A DNA stretch of 64,000 nucleotides, from contig CAVTZU010000001.1 in assembly GCA_963739305.1 (NCBI GenBank), forward strand, positions 11,371 to 75,370, given 5' to 3'. The number at the start of each line of letters is the position of its first letter. Position 1 is the first letter of the stretch. The translations under genes were made by a program, and so were the position numbers. The DNA comes from Candidatus Bathyarchaeota archaeon. Lineage in GTDB: Archaea; Thermoproteota; Bathyarchaeia; Bathyarchaeales; Bathycorpusculaceae. The notes under the pieces were generated by a model, which ran no database searches, was not told the origin of the DNA, and saw nothing but the letters and a program-made list of their open reading frames with translations. Of the stretch, positions 48,089 to 58,153 are shown in pieces.

Positions 48089-49354
48089 TCATTGTTCATG
48101 GACTTTGAATCGGAGGATGGCTGCTACGCCACCGAAGGAGTTCTTGAGCATTTGTCCTTCTTCTGTTTCTGTTGATATGACTTCGACTTGGGCGTTTGTG
48201 TACTCGGCCAGTCTGGCAAAGTCGTCGATCAGATCCTCTTTTTCAGCTGTGCTTAAAGATGCTGCGCCGCATTTGGGGCATTGTTTTCCGACGAGGCTTT
48301 GTTCAAACTCGGTCAAGACCTTGTTTTTCACGGTGTTTTGCTCTTGATAGTTACAGGCGCCACACTTGATCGTGACCCGGCTCATTTCGAGCCCTTCTGA
48401 CAAAAGCAACGTACTTACTGCGCCGCTTTCGAGCGCTTTTCTGACTTGTTCCTCGCCGTACGTGATCTTCCCAGTGTCGTGCCCGACCTCGTAAAGAAAC
48501 TGTTGCACCAGCTTCCTCTCTTCGATGTAACGCACTTTGCGCATTACTTCAGGGGCTTTTTCAACAACTTCTTTGACGCCTTGTTCTTCAACGTAAGCCG
48601 TGTCAACGGTATCGAGGATCTTGTTTTTCAACATGTAATTCAGGTATTCGCCTTTTTCAAAATCGTATTTAGTCGGGCCTGGCCCAGCGAGTATTATTCC
48701 CTTCAAACTCTCTATTGGAAGGAATATACTGTTAGCGTGTTCCCCTACGCGTGTGAAGTACTCTTGGAGCCTCATCTCTCGCAGTCGTTCGTATCGTCTT
48801 GCTGACTGACCTCCAGCCCGTGTCTTACCAGGCACGCCCGACGTCAATTCCTGGACTATTTCAAGCCTTCTGCCCTGTAGAGTAGCTATTGTGGCGCCTG
48901 AAGAGTCTACTAGGAGGATGCCGTAGGTTTCCTTCTCGCGCAGCATCTCTTGGAGGTATTCGGTGTGGAACCTCGCGTCGCACCTGTAAAGGTATATGCG
49001 AATGGGTTCTGGGGGTTCAATGACGTAGGTCTCTATTCTTTCGCTTCCAGCGCCATTTTGAGGTATGGCCCCGCAGAATATTACGAGCCCGTTTTCAGGG
49101 GGCTCTTTGAAAAGTTTGAGGCGTTGCTGAACCTTGACGATGGCGTCCATGACATTCTTGCGGGTAGTCGTTGATTTTATGTTGGACGCTGTCCCATACT
49201 CGTCTCTCAGGTTAGTTATTGCATCACTGATCCTTTTGCCAGGGGGCACGTAGAGAGTAATAAGCTCCGTTCCGCGTCCTTCTTTGCTGGCGAGAGTCGT
49301 CAATGTCTTTTTCAGTCTGAACAGTTCTAGAGAAGTCTTCTTTGGTGTACTCAA
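48089..49354 (-). CDS. prf1: Peptide chain release factor aRF1
   Basis: GTELITLYVP, TASNIKS, YRCD, GGQSARR; C-terminal CxxC..CxxC insert. Confidence 0.97.
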   Translation of the reverse strand: MSTPKKTSLELFRLKKTLTTLASKEGRGTELITLYVPPGKRISDAITNLRDEYGTASNIKSTTTRKNVMDAIVKVQQRLKLFKEPPENGLVIFCGAIPQNGAGSERIETYVIEPPEPIRIYLYRCDARFHTEYLQEMLREKETYGILLVDSSGATIATLQGRRLEIVQELTSGVPGKTRAGGQSARRYERLREMRLQEYFTRVGEHANSIFLPIESLKGIILAGPGPTKYDFEKGEYLNYMLKNKILDTVDTAYVEEQGVKEVVEKAPEVMRKVRYIEERKLVQQFLYEVGHDTGKITYGEEQVRKALESGAVSTLLLSEGLEMSRVTIKCGACNYQEQNTVKNKVLTEFEQSLVGKQCPKCGAASLSTAEKEDLIDDFARLAEYTNAQVEVISTETEEGQMLKNSFGGVAAILRFKVHEQ

Positions 49355-49426
49355 CGGTTCTCACAAATTCTTTTTCGGTTTAAAGCTACATCTACAACGA
49401 ATAAGATAAGATTTTGGGAACATGAT

Positions 49427-50401
49427 TCAGCTTGTCTGGAAAGCTTCCCTCAGGTAGGCTTTGTACGGACCGAGCTTGCCTCCGTAGTTGCCCGCCGAGA
49501 TCCTCACAACGCCCTGAACGTTCGAGGCACCTCTGACACCTTCGACAACGGCTTTTTTGACGGCTTCCAAACTTAAACCGTTCACGACGATCTCGTACAC
49601 GCAGTCGACGCCCTCGGGAACCTGCGTCTCTGGAACGAGGTCTCTCAGCCTTGGACACAACGGGTGGTTCGTGGACGCCTTAAGCTTGTACTTCAATGAA
49701 CCCGCTTTGGAGCCCGACCGACATATTCCCCCTGGAAACGGAAGAATCACATCGGTTGCGTTTGCCTTAATCGCTTTCACCGCTTCTTCTGCAGCTTTCA
49801 GCCCTGATGCTATGTCTCTTGCCATTATGAGGAAGTTGCCACCGGCCACGGCTTCAGCCACACCGAATTTGTCTTCTACGACAAAGTCGCCTTCCATAAC
49901 GGGGATCTTCCAGACTTTTCTGTCCGCGACAATTCTTTTCCTCTCGTACCCATCTCCGAAATAACGAAGGCTTCGTCCAACCTTCAGCCTTCTTTTGGCG
50001 TTTGGCAAAGCGTCGAAGGCCGAAGTCGTCGGGCAGGTCATGACGCACTGACCTATGCGAAGGATCATTTGCCCGTTGAGTTCAAACCTGCCCCGGTTGT
50101 ATATCTGGATGACAACGCCGATTCGTCCGTCAGGGGTCTCGCTGGACGCAACTATTCCTTCTATTCCTGCTTCAGCCGGAGACATTATCACGCTTGTCGC
50201 AAGGCCAGTCGCATTCGTGGCAGCCGTCAAGGCCCACTTCTCACTGTCGGCGGTGATCAAGACTCTTCCAACCCACATGGGAAACATTTCGGCGAATGTG
50301 TCTACGATAACCACAGTGTTGCCACTTGGAGCAGATATAACGAAGCTCTGATCTTTCTCATCGTGGCTGAGGACCTTCAGGTTAATTTCGTCTGATGGCA
50401 T
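49427..50401 (-). CDS. ftr: Formylmethanofuran:H4MPT formyltransferase
   Basis: DTFAE.F, ETPDGR.G, RIGQCVMTCPT, YFGDG, GGNF, RSGSK, SAGNYGGKLG. Confidence 0.96.
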   Translation of the reverse strand: MPSDEINLKVLSHDEKDQSFVISAPSGNTVVIVDTFAEMFPMWVGRVLITADSEKWALTAATNATGLATSVIMSPAEAGIEGIVASSETPDGRIGVVIQIYNRGRFELNGQMILRIGQCVMTCPTTSAFDALPNAKRRLKVGRSLRYFGDGYERKRIVADRKVWKIPVMEGDFVVEDKFGVAEAVAGGNFLIMARDIASGLKAAEEAVKAIKANATDVILPFPGGICRSGSKAGSLKYKLKASTNHPLCPRLRDLVPETQVPEGVDCVYEIVVNGLSLEAVKKAVVEGVRGASNVQGVVRISAGNYGGKLGPYKAYLREAFQTS

Positions 50402-50511
50402 TTTGAAGCCCTCTGCAAGTAGTTTGCAGCCTCCTTTAAGGATTTTACCACTGTACCCACATAAGCTAGCCCGAGATCGAAAGCTCTTAACGAAAATGAA
50501 GCTTTCAAGCC

Positions 50512-50838
50512 TTAGAGTTGTCTGTTTCCTTTTGTTCGCTCTGCGAGTGAAGATGCCTCTCCGAGGATTTTCTCCACTTCTCTGTTTGTAATCTGCCTTT
50601 CAAGCGCGGCTTCAGGAGGCAGAGGCTCTTCGACCGTCACGTACACTTCAGGCGGCTTCAACTTATTATGAACGATGCGGTGCACTTTGCCTTCAATGGC
50701 TAACCGGTCAATTGCCTTCTTCACTGTTTCAGGCGACTTTCCAAAGTTCTTAACCCCGTAGTTTACCAGATCACTTTCACGAGTGTTTCCGTATCGCTCA
50801 AGGTACGATATTATCTTTCTTTCAGCGCTCATTGACAT
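50512..50838 (-). CDS. Hypothetical winged-helix-like protein
   Basis: IISYLERYGNTRESDL...VKKAIDRL..EGKV.R pattern. Confidence 0.65.
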   Translation of the reverse strand: MSMSAERKIISYLERYGNTRESDLVNYGVKNFGKSPETVKKAIDRLAIEGKVHRIVHNKLKPPEVYVTVEEPLPPEAALERQITNREVEKILGEASSLAERTKGNRQL

Positions 50839-51001
50839 AGTCCCCTGCTTGAGCAGGCTGCGCAGTCCATTTCGACTTTTTCGAATTTAAGCGTTGGTTA
50901 AACAAAACCTGAAAAACTGGACAGCTCGCAAACAAGGTTTTGCACGATTCAGCTATTAAAGCCTTAAAGGTAATCTTCAGCAATGGGTACTTGAAGGCGC
51001 C

Positions 51002-51292
51002 GTGATGAGTGAGCTGCGTCGTTTGAAGGATAAATTCAAGAGTTGCTATTTAAACGGCTTCTTCCTAGACGCTAGCACTTTTTTGAAAGCTGACGATGCC
51101 GATGTGAGGATAGCTTCACGCAAAGGCGACGATGGAAGACCAACCGAGAAGCCCATGGTCATTTTGAAGAAAGTTGTCGAGATGACAGTTGACTCTCACG
51201 GAAGGATCGTGGCTGTCGAGTGTAAGGAGAAACTTGGAGTTTGGGTTGACGCTTTCGAACACGCGATAGAATGGTTCAACAAGCAAGACTAA
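51002..51292 (+). CDS. Hypothetical protein
   Basis: 96-aa ORF filling the gap upstream of the sugar dehydrogenase; CCTTAAAG box upstream. Confidence 0.6.
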   Translation: MMSELRRLKDKFKSCYLNGFFLDASTFLKADDADVRIASRKGDDGRPTEKPMVILKKVVEMTVDSHGRIVAVECKEKLGVWVDAFEHAIEWFNKQD

Positions 51293-51365
51293 GGCCCTAA
51301 AGTTCAGTTTGTCAGTTTCTGCTTGACGAAAACATGATATACCCGACGCATGTTCGCATAATCCC

Positions 51366-52748
51366 ATGGCAAGAAAAATCGTGGTCGTCGGAATGGGGTA
51401 CGTCGGTATACCCATTGCAGCACTTTTTGCAGACGTTCAAGGCTTCACGGTTGTAGGCGTACAGCGCCTGTCAAAGCGTTCAGGGTGGAAGATTGATTGG
51501 CTGAACAAGGGCAAGAACCCGATCGGAGGAGACGAGCCCGGCCTGTCTGAACTTATCGCTCGCGTGGTCAAGAAGGCCACGTTTAAGGTTGTAGAGGACA
51601 TCGCAACTGTAAGCGATGCAGAAGCCGTCTTGATTGATGTGCAGACTCCGACGGACGCGAACAGAGTCCCTAACTATGATTCCTTGAAAGAAGTCAGCGC
51701 GAACGTCGGAAAACACATGAAACCTGGCACTCTGATCGTCGTCGAATCCACCGTCGCGCCAGGCACAACTGAGAACTTTGTAAGACCGATTCTTGAGAAG
51801 GCTTCAGGAATGAAAGCTAGCAGAGACTTCTGTCTGGCCTTCTGCTACGAGAGGGTCATGGTGGGACGCTTGATCAAGAACATCGTGGATCTTCCCCGCG
51901 TGATAGGCGGCATCGATGAAGAAAGCACAAGACGGGCGATGGAACTGTATGGTCACGTTGTGAAAGCGCAGCTGTGCCCAACAGACATCGCCACTGCTGA
52001 GGTAGCGAAGGTTGTTGAAAACACGTATAGAGACGTTAATATTGCCTTCGCAAACGAGATGGCGCTGATATGTGAAAACCTCGGCGTCGACGTGTTCAAG
52101 GTTCGTGAACTTGTAAACACGCTACCCAACGACCCGAAAAACCCCACTTCGAACCCGGTTAGAAACATGCATTTCCCAGGAGCCGGCACAGGTGGACACT
52201 GTCTTCCGAAGGATCCTTGGTTGCTTAAGTATGGTTTGGACACTTATGGCAGTCGAAAGTTCAACCCGAAAATCATCATTGGCAGCAGAGAGATTAACGA
52301 TTACATGCCAGTACACGTTGTCGACTTGGTTGAAGACGCCTTGAGGGAACGTGGAAAAAAGTTGAAAGGTGCAAAAGTGGCGGTGCTCGGTGTTGCCTTC
52401 CTTGAAAATTCGGATGACACGAGGAACACGCCGTCAGCCGCGATATATGCGGAATTGAAGAGGCGGGGAGCCGAACCCGTTCTCCACGATCCGATCGTGC
52501 GCGAGTTCGAGCTTCCCTTTACCAACAATCTGGACAAAGCATTGGAAAACGCGGATGCAGTTGTGCTTTCAACAAAGCACAAGGATTATCTTAATCTCGA
52601 CCTGAAGAAAATGAAAAAGAAGCTCAACACTCCAGTCCTTGTTGACGGCAGAAACGCCTTCGACCGCGAGGCCGCAATTAAAGCCGGACTGACTTACAGA
52701 GGCGTCGGCAAGGGAATACGCGATACGAAAGGAAAAGCCTCAAAGTGA
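51366..52748 (+). CDS. Nucleotide-sugar dehydrogenase (UDP-ManNAc/GlcNAc dehydrogenase family)
   Basis: GMGYVG, VQTP, ESTVAPGTT, AKVVENTYRDVNIAFANE, GGHCLPKD. Confidence 0.93.
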   Translation: MARKIVVVGMGYVGIPIAALFADVQGFTVVGVQRLSKRSGWKIDWLNKGKNPIGGDEPGLSELIARVVKKATFKVVEDIATVSDAEAVLIDVQTPTDANRVPNYDSLKEVSANVGKHMKPGTLIVVESTVAPGTTENFVRPILEKASGMKASRDFCLAFCYERVMVGRLIKNIVDLPRVIGGIDEESTRRAMELYGHVVKAQLCPTDIATAEVAKVVENTYRDVNIAFANEMALICENLGVDVFKVRELVNTLPNDPKNPTSNPVRNMHFPGAGTGGHCLPKDPWLLKYGLDTYGSRKFNPKIIIGSREINDYMPVHVVDLVEDALRERGKKLKGAKVAVLGVAFLENSDDTRNTPSAAIYAELKRRGAEPVLHDPIVREFELPFTNNLDKALENADAVVLSTKHKDYLNLDLKKMKKKLNTPVLVDGRNAFDREAAIKAGLTYRGVGKGIRDTKGKASK

Positions 52749-52754
52749 CTCAAG

Positions 52755-53100
52755 ATGGAAGACTGCGTTTTCTGCAACATAGTCAAAGGAGAGGGTGCAG
52801 AGAGCCTCGTTTATTCCGATGAGAAAACTATCGCTTTCATGGACATCCAACCCGTGAACACTGAACATGTCCTGGTCATTCCGAAAGCGCACGCAGCAGG
52901 CCTGTCGGATCTGGATGAAGAAACGGGCGCGCATGTTTTCAAAGTTGGAATGCGAGTTGCCAACGCCATCAAGCGCGCGCGACGAATGGCGAAGCAGCGT
53001 CGCAGGACGTTTTTCACATTTCACTTGCACATTATTCCCTAGGTTTAGGGGCGACAGCTTTGGGATTAGGTTGGGTCACATCATGATTTTGGCCAGGGAA
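52755..53100 (+). pseudogene. HIT-family hydrolase pseudogene (intact N-terminus, deleted/frameshifted C-terminus)
   Basis: DCVFC.I, AFMDIQP, HVLVIPK.H; NGEAASQDVFH, HLHII and RFRGDSFG fall in different frames. Confidence 0.8.
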
Positions 53101-53166
53101 TCTGCTGCAAAAGCTGTCCAAAAAGAAAAGGCAAAACCCTGTTCTCTAATGAACCAGCATGTCTCT

Positions 53167-54039
53167 TCACGCAGTTTTCCTGTGAAATTCCTCATCAAGA
53201 ACGGGGGCTGCCATTAGTCTAGTTTTGATCTTGAGTTTGCCTTCTTTCGAGTGAGGTTTCCTTACTAAGGTGTCGCCACATTTTTCGATTTCTCTGGCTT
53301 CCTCTGCCAGTCCAGCGGCTACCTGAGCTATTTCATGTGCACAAGCCACAAGCGGAATATACTTGGCACTTTCTTTCTCAACGAAACATGCCTGCAAATT
53401 GATCTCGGCAATTTTCTCGGTGAGTTCATAGGCGGCCATAGCTTTCGCCCGTGCATAGGGGTTTTGGAAGTCAGAATGATCTCGAATAGTGTTTGCATCA
53501 ACTATCAACTTGGGCAAGAGTAGAGAGGTGCCTGTCTTGATTGCATCTATCAGCTTATCGATTTCTTGATGAATTATCCGGAATACACCTGTGATTGCGA
53601 GCACCTTGATGACGTTGGCATTAAAGATCGCCATCTCCGTGGGATCTAAGAATTCTCTTCGTGCCCCAATCAGGGGGTCGCCCATAATAATTATGTAGCC
53701 TAAGCATTGTTTTTCAAGCTCTGCTTTGACACGTTTTGCTGGAGCATCCGAAATCACCACACAGGGCACGCCGCAGCTTGAGAATTTTTCTCTGACCTTT
53801 GTTGGACCAGGTATGGCTGGATTAGGAGATATGAAAACTAAAAGATCAGGATGAAACTCAAGAATTTTGGGCAGAGCCTCTTCTATATCCTCAACCGCCA
53901 TCTTTGAACCAGTGGTTACCGAACGAGTTTTGATATCTTGCCTGTCGGCTAGTTCATCCAAGAGGAGTTCGAAAAGCGGTGAGGATGCAATATTGCCACA
54001 CTTGAACACTCCGACTTTCTTGAACTGCTGTTCTGGCAA
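53167..54039 (-). CDS. mtd: F420-dependent methylene-H4MPT dehydrogenase
   Basis: KCGNI, LLDELADR.DI, GSKM, SPNPA.PGP, D.LIGARREFLDP.EMA.FN, F.NPYA.AKA. Confidence 0.95.
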   Translation of the reverse strand: MPEQQFKKVGVFKCGNIASSPLFELLLDELADRQDIKTRSVTTGSKMAVEDIEEALPKILEFHPDLLVFISPNPAIPGPTKVREKFSSCGVPCVVISDAPAKRVKAELEKQCLGYIIIMGDPLIGARREFLDPTEMAIFNANVIKVLAITGVFRIIHQEIDKLIDAIKTGTSLLLPKLIVDANTIRDHSDFQNPYARAKAMAAYELTEKIAEINLQACFVEKESAKYIPLVACAHEIAQVAAGLAEEAREIEKCGDTLVRKPHSKEGKLKIKTRLMAAPVLDEEFHRKTA

Positions 54040-54078
54040 CTCAAAGCCTCCGTTTATTGTAACACACTTTGGGAACGC

Positions 54079-54089
54079 TTAAGAATTGT
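54079..54089 (-). promoter_or_regulatory. mtd promoter core ACAATTCTTAA (BRE/TATA)
   Basis: 40 nt upstream of the TTG start; identical copy upstream of the MtdA/B-type gene. Confidence 0.5.
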
Positions 54090-54243
54090 GTTGTTTGTCG
54101 TTGATCTCGAATCGCTGGAACATTGAAAATCATCCGAACGGCTTTGTAAGCACCAAGTTCAACTTAGATTTAAGAGTCTTCAAAAGAAAGTTTTGAACAT
54201 GGCAATATAGAGGTGCCGCATGCTAGATGCTATAAACGCGCGT

Positions 54244-54473
54244 GGTGCAGGCGCATTTAGGGTAGCGCGCGCGGCATCAAGTGCGAAGGCGTGAATCTGT
54301 TGCTTTCTGATGGCAGAGCAGCGTTTCAAGAGATATTTCACGTTCATTTGCACGTGATTCCTAGGTTTGAAGGCGATAATCTGCGCATCAGCTTCGGACG
54401 CAAGTACGGCGTAAGACCTGGAAGAACCGAACTGGATATGATTGCAGCGAAAATACGAAACGTCTTGCGCTAA
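54244..54473 (+). pseudogene. C-terminal half of a second HIT-family gene
   Basis: IKCEGVNLLLSDGRAAFQEIFHVHLHVIPRFEGD...ELDMIAAKIR; N-terminal half missing. Confidence 0.75.
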
Positions 54474-55432
54474 GAAGGCAACCAGAACTTTGGCATTTCG
54501 ACCTGCGCAGCAATCTTTTCTTCTTTGCTGGTCACTGCTTTCTTGGCTATTTCATAGGCTATCTTGAAGTCGAAGATCCCCTTCGGAGCCTCAACTGCCT
54601 TTTTCATCAGTCCAGCTTCAACTTTATTCTTCAATTTGCAGATCGTCAAGGCGCCGATACCGTATACGTTGGGAAGGATTTCTGTTCCGTCCGCGTTTGA
54701 GAATAATCCTTCAACACCTAAAGGCGGAACTGCGTTTATGTCCGCGACTATTCTGACTTTCTTGCCACATCTCTTCAACACATCCAGAGGAAGAAGTTCC
54801 GTGCCGGCGGCTCCCGCAGAAAGAACTATGTCCGCTTTTTCGAGGGCTTCTCCGATGTCTCTAGGCGTCTGAGCTTCTATACCTCTGACTCTATCGATCT
54901 CACAGTCCTCGTTTATCCTCGTCACAACTGAAGACGCTTTTTGAAGCGACCTAGAAGTCAGGATAACCTCGGCCTTTTCAGACGCGTACAGTCTTGCTGC
55001 GGTTTGTCCAACTGGTCCTGTTCCAGCAAGTATAGTGATTACCTTGTTCTCGAAGTTTCCTAGCCGTTTTTCAAGTGAAAGTTCGAGCGTTTTCGCAACC
55101 GCTGCTGTTGCCGTGGTGTAGGCGCCTTTCGGGTCGATTATGATCGAAATTTCAGATGGCGGAACCATGCAGTTTTTGGCTTTTTCGAGGATTTCGTTGG
55201 TTTTCTTGAAGTCTTTTCCGTTTATGAAGATTTTCGTGTGCTTGGCTCCTTCTGGTCCTCTTGGGAACAAGGCGTCATAGACGATTTTTTCAACGTCTTC
55301 GACAGCAACGTTCTCGTACTTCAACATTTCAGCCTCGGGGAAAAGATCTATTGCGGTCAGTATGTCAAATGGGCTTGCATGTTTGTCGGTATCCATGAAA
55401 ATGATGACCGTCTTCAACTCTGTTTCTGGCAA
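54470..55432 (-). CDS. mtdB: NAD(P)-dependent methylene-H4MPT/H4F dehydrogenase (MtdA/MtdB family)
   Basis: DTDKHASPFD, FPRG, VPP...DPKGAYTTA.A.VA, AGTGPVG, AGAAG, ADINAVPPLGVEG, GIGAL. Confidence 0.85.
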   Translation of the reverse strand: MPETELKTVIIFMDTDKHASPFDILTAIDLFPEAEMLKYENVAVEDVEKIVYDALFPRGPEGAKHTKIFINGKDFKKTNEILEKAKNCMVPPSEISIIIDPKGAYTTATAAVAKTLELSLEKRLGNFENKVITILAGTGPVGQTAARLYASEKAEVILTSRSLQKASSVVTRINEDCEIDRVRGIEAQTPRDIGEALEKADIVLSAGAAGTELLPLDVLKRCGKKVRIVADINAVPPLGVEGLFSNADGTEILPNVYGIGALTICKLKNKVEAGLMKKAVEAPKGIFDFKIAYEIAKKAVTSKEEKIAAQVEMPKFWLPS

Positions 55433-55469
55433 AGTTGCACCTAACGTAGTTGTTATACGCGTGGGGTGT

Positions 55470-55480
55470 TTAAGAATTGT
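55470..55480 (-). promoter_or_regulatory. mtdB-like promoter core ACAATTCTTAA
   Basis: 38 nt upstream of the TTG start; identical to 54079-54089. Confidence 0.5.
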
Positions 55481-55523
55481 CGTTTTTCAATATTGAATCT
55501 GAATTAGTGAAGGGGCTATGTAC

Positions 55524-56225
55524 CTATTGTTTCTTGTCGGAGTTGTTCCATGGAAAGATCTGCAACTTCGAAGCGGCAATCAGCAATGGCACGCCCACTA
55601 CTATGGAAACAACCACCACGACCGCGTCTTCGATGTAGGAACTGACGGCAGCTCCGACGAATACCTGCTCAAGAACTCCGTAACTTGCAAAAAATGGAAC
55701 GTAAAGACCGACGGGAACCAGCATGAAGATTCTGGAAAGCGCGTCCGTGGCAGTGCACACAAAAGAAATCAAGATCACAACGGCTGAAAGTCGTCGCAGA
55801 TCCGTGCCATGCAGAGATTTAGCCAACCTTGCCGACGGATAAACAATAAACAGCGCAAGCAAAATGTCAAGAATCGTCCAGAGAGGAAGCTGCCTTCCGA
55901 CCGGATCGATGAAATATGCTGAGAGCATTATCCCGAAGACTGCCAGAACAGGCTTCCATTTTCCCCTCGAAAGAAAACCTGCGCATAAAACGCTGGTAGA
56001 CTCAGCGAATATACCGAACATCCAGAGTGGGTCAAACTTTGCAATTCGCGCAATCGAACTGCCCAAAAACGCAGCGAAAAAACCCGCGCTTGGCCCAAGA
56101 AGGATTCCCTCAATCGGAGCGAGGTAGATAGCCCAATTCCGCCAGAGACCAAAGGAAACAAGAAAGAGCACGGCATGGAGTGCCCCGAAAACTGAGATGA
56201 GGGCTAACTTCACCGTCCTGCGCAT
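55524..56225 (-). CDS. Membrane protein, ECF S-component-like
   Basis: About 7 TM helices; AxxxxFxAL first helix and APIEGILLGPSAGFFAAFLG motif typical of S-components. Confidence 0.6.
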   Translation of the reverse strand: MRRTVKLALISVFGALHAVLFLVSFGLWRNWAIYLAPIEGILLGPSAGFFAAFLGSSIARIAKFDPLWMFGIFAESTSVLCAGFLSRGKWKPVLAVFGIMLSAYFIDPVGRQLPLWTILDILLALFIVYPSARLAKSLHGTDLRRLSAVVILISFVCTATDALSRIFMLVPVGLYVPFFASYGVLEQVFVGAAVSSYIEDAVVVVVSIVVGVPLLIAASKLQIFPWNNSDKKQ

Positions 56226-56380
56226 GAGATCACACTCTTAAATGTTACAGGTCTGTTCAAAAACATTTGCTGCGCAATGTTTCACGATTGAAACTTGAGA
56301 AACAACGTGTGTTCAAGCCTGAGTACAACGCAATTGTTTAATATGAAACAGTAGACAATCGTTAGTCGCGAAGAGGGTTT

Positions 56381-57427
56381 GTGATGACGCTTGCTGAAAT
56401 GTTGGAGAAGTTATCGAACGCTTGTGGAGTTGCCGGAAAAGAAGATGAAGTTAGAAGCTTGATGCAGAAGTACTTGAAACCTTATGCTGATGAGGTTAGA
56501 GAGGACAAGCTTGGAAACGTGATAGCCATCAAGGAAGGGAAGAAGAACGCTCCAAAAGTGATGCTGGCCGCCCACATGGATGAGATTGGGTTGCTGGTCA
56601 AAACTATTGCGAAAGAAGGGTTCTTGCAGTTCATGAAGATCGGGGGCATCGATGACCGTGTCCTACTCGCCCAGAAAGTGCGGATTTGCACGGAAAAGGG
56701 ATTGTTGCAGGGCATAATAGGCTCCAAACCGCCGCACATCCAAAAAGAGGAGGAACGCAAAAGAGTGATAACATACGACGAACTTTTCATCGATGTCGGC
56801 GCGGGAAGCCAAGAGGAAGCACGCAAAATGGGCGTCCGCATCGGTGACCCGATCGAGTTTGACGTCAGATTCGCAAAGATCGGGAAAGACATTGTCATCG
56901 GAAAGGCGTTAGATGACCGTGTCGGCTGCGTTGCCATGATCGAAGCCATGAAGCGCTTGGAAAAATCAGATTGCACGGTTTATGCGGTCGGAACCGTCCA
57001 AGAAGAAGTGGGTTGCAGAGGCGCGATGACCTCCGCGTTCGGCATCTACCCAGACGTCGGCATAGCGCTTGATGTGACGGTGGCGGGCGACATACCTGGC
57101 GTGAGAGAAGTTGATGCGCCGGTGAAGCTAGGAAAAGGACCCTCGATTTGCGTCGCTGATGGAGGGTTGATGACTCACCCGAAGGTTCTGCGATTGCTCG
57201 TTGACGTAGCTGAAGAGAATAAAGTCCCATACCAGCTTGAAACTGGTCTAGGAGGAACCACGGATGCGAGTCGCATTGCACTGACTAAGGAAGGAGTGCC
57301 CAGCGGCGTGGTTTCTATACCAACGCGTTACATTCACAGCCCAACATCCTTGCTCAGCTTGGCAGACACAGAAGATGTCGTGAAGCTCACCGTTGCCGCG
57401 GTAATCAAGATTCCGAAGTATTTTTAG
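56381..57427 (+). CDS. M42 (TET) aminopeptidase
   Basis: AAHMDEIG, KALDDRVG, QEEVG.RGA, GGTTDA, RYIHSP. Confidence 0.95.
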   Translation: MMTLAEMLEKLSNACGVAGKEDEVRSLMQKYLKPYADEVREDKLGNVIAIKEGKKNAPKVMLAAHMDEIGLLVKTIAKEGFLQFMKIGGIDDRVLLAQKVRICTEKGLLQGIIGSKPPHIQKEEERKRVITYDELFIDVGAGSQEEARKMGVRIGDPIEFDVRFAKIGKDIVIGKALDDRVGCVAMIEAMKRLEKSDCTVYAVGTVQEEVGCRGAMTSAFGIYPDVGIALDVTVAGDIPGVREVDAPVKLGKGPSICVADGGLMTHPKVLRLLVDVAEENKVPYQLETGLGGTTDASRIALTKEGVPSGVVSIPTRYIHSPTSLLSLADTEDVVKLTVAAVIKIPKYF

Positions 57428-57487
57428 AAGACCCTCTGCGATTCATCCAATAAGGCAAGCCTTAGAATCTGAAAAGAGGTTCGCATA

Positions 57488-58153
57488 ATGGAAATAGTTC
57501 AAGGAATCCACCAAGTAGATGGTGTCAACGCGAATGTTTACGTGGTTGTCGACGAAAGAGAGCTCACAGTCATCGACACCGGAATGCCAAACAATTCTAA
57601 GAAGATACTAAACTCCATCCGCAAAATGGACCGACAACCCTCAGATGTTTCACAGATAGTTTTGACCCATTTCCACTTAGACCACGTTGGAAGCGCTTAC
57701 CAACTTAAGAAAGCGACGAATGCCAAAGTGGCTGTACATGAAGAAGACGCAGACTTTGTCGCAGGGAAAAAATCCGCGCCGAAGCCCAAGAACATATTGT
57801 TCAGAGCGTTGTCATCAGTGGTCAAACCCACGCCTGTTGAACCTGACGTGCGACTCAGAGAGAACGACAGAGCAGGAAGGCTTATCGTGATCCATACGCC
57901 CGGACACACGGCTGGAAGCATCTCCCTCCTTGATCCTGTGCTTAAGGTGTTGTTCGTGGGGGATGCGTTAAGGTTCAGTGATGGGAAACTGGCTGGACCG
58001 CCTGAGCGATTTACCCAAGACAGCATAAAAGCGAAACAGTCTATTCAGAAGATTTCCATGCTCGATTTTGACGTGATGTTGAGCGGACACGGTGATCCAC
58101 TGAGACCTGAAGCAGCAAACAAAGTCAAGACATTTTATGCGTCAATGAAGTAG
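57488..58153 (+). CDS. Metallo-beta-lactamase-fold hydrolase
   Basis: THFHLDHVG, TPGHT.G, GDA, GHG. Confidence 0.92.
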   Translation: MEIVQGIHQVDGVNANVYVVVDERELTVIDTGMPNNSKKILNSIRKMDRQPSDVSQIVLTHFHLDHVGSAYQLKKATNAKVAVHEEDADFVAGKKSAPKPKNILFRALSSVVKPTPVEPDVRLRENDRAGRLIVIHTPGHTAGSISLLDPVLKVLFVGDALRFSDGKLAGPPERFTQDSIKAKQSIQKISMLDFDVMLSGHGDPLRPEAANKVKTFYASMK

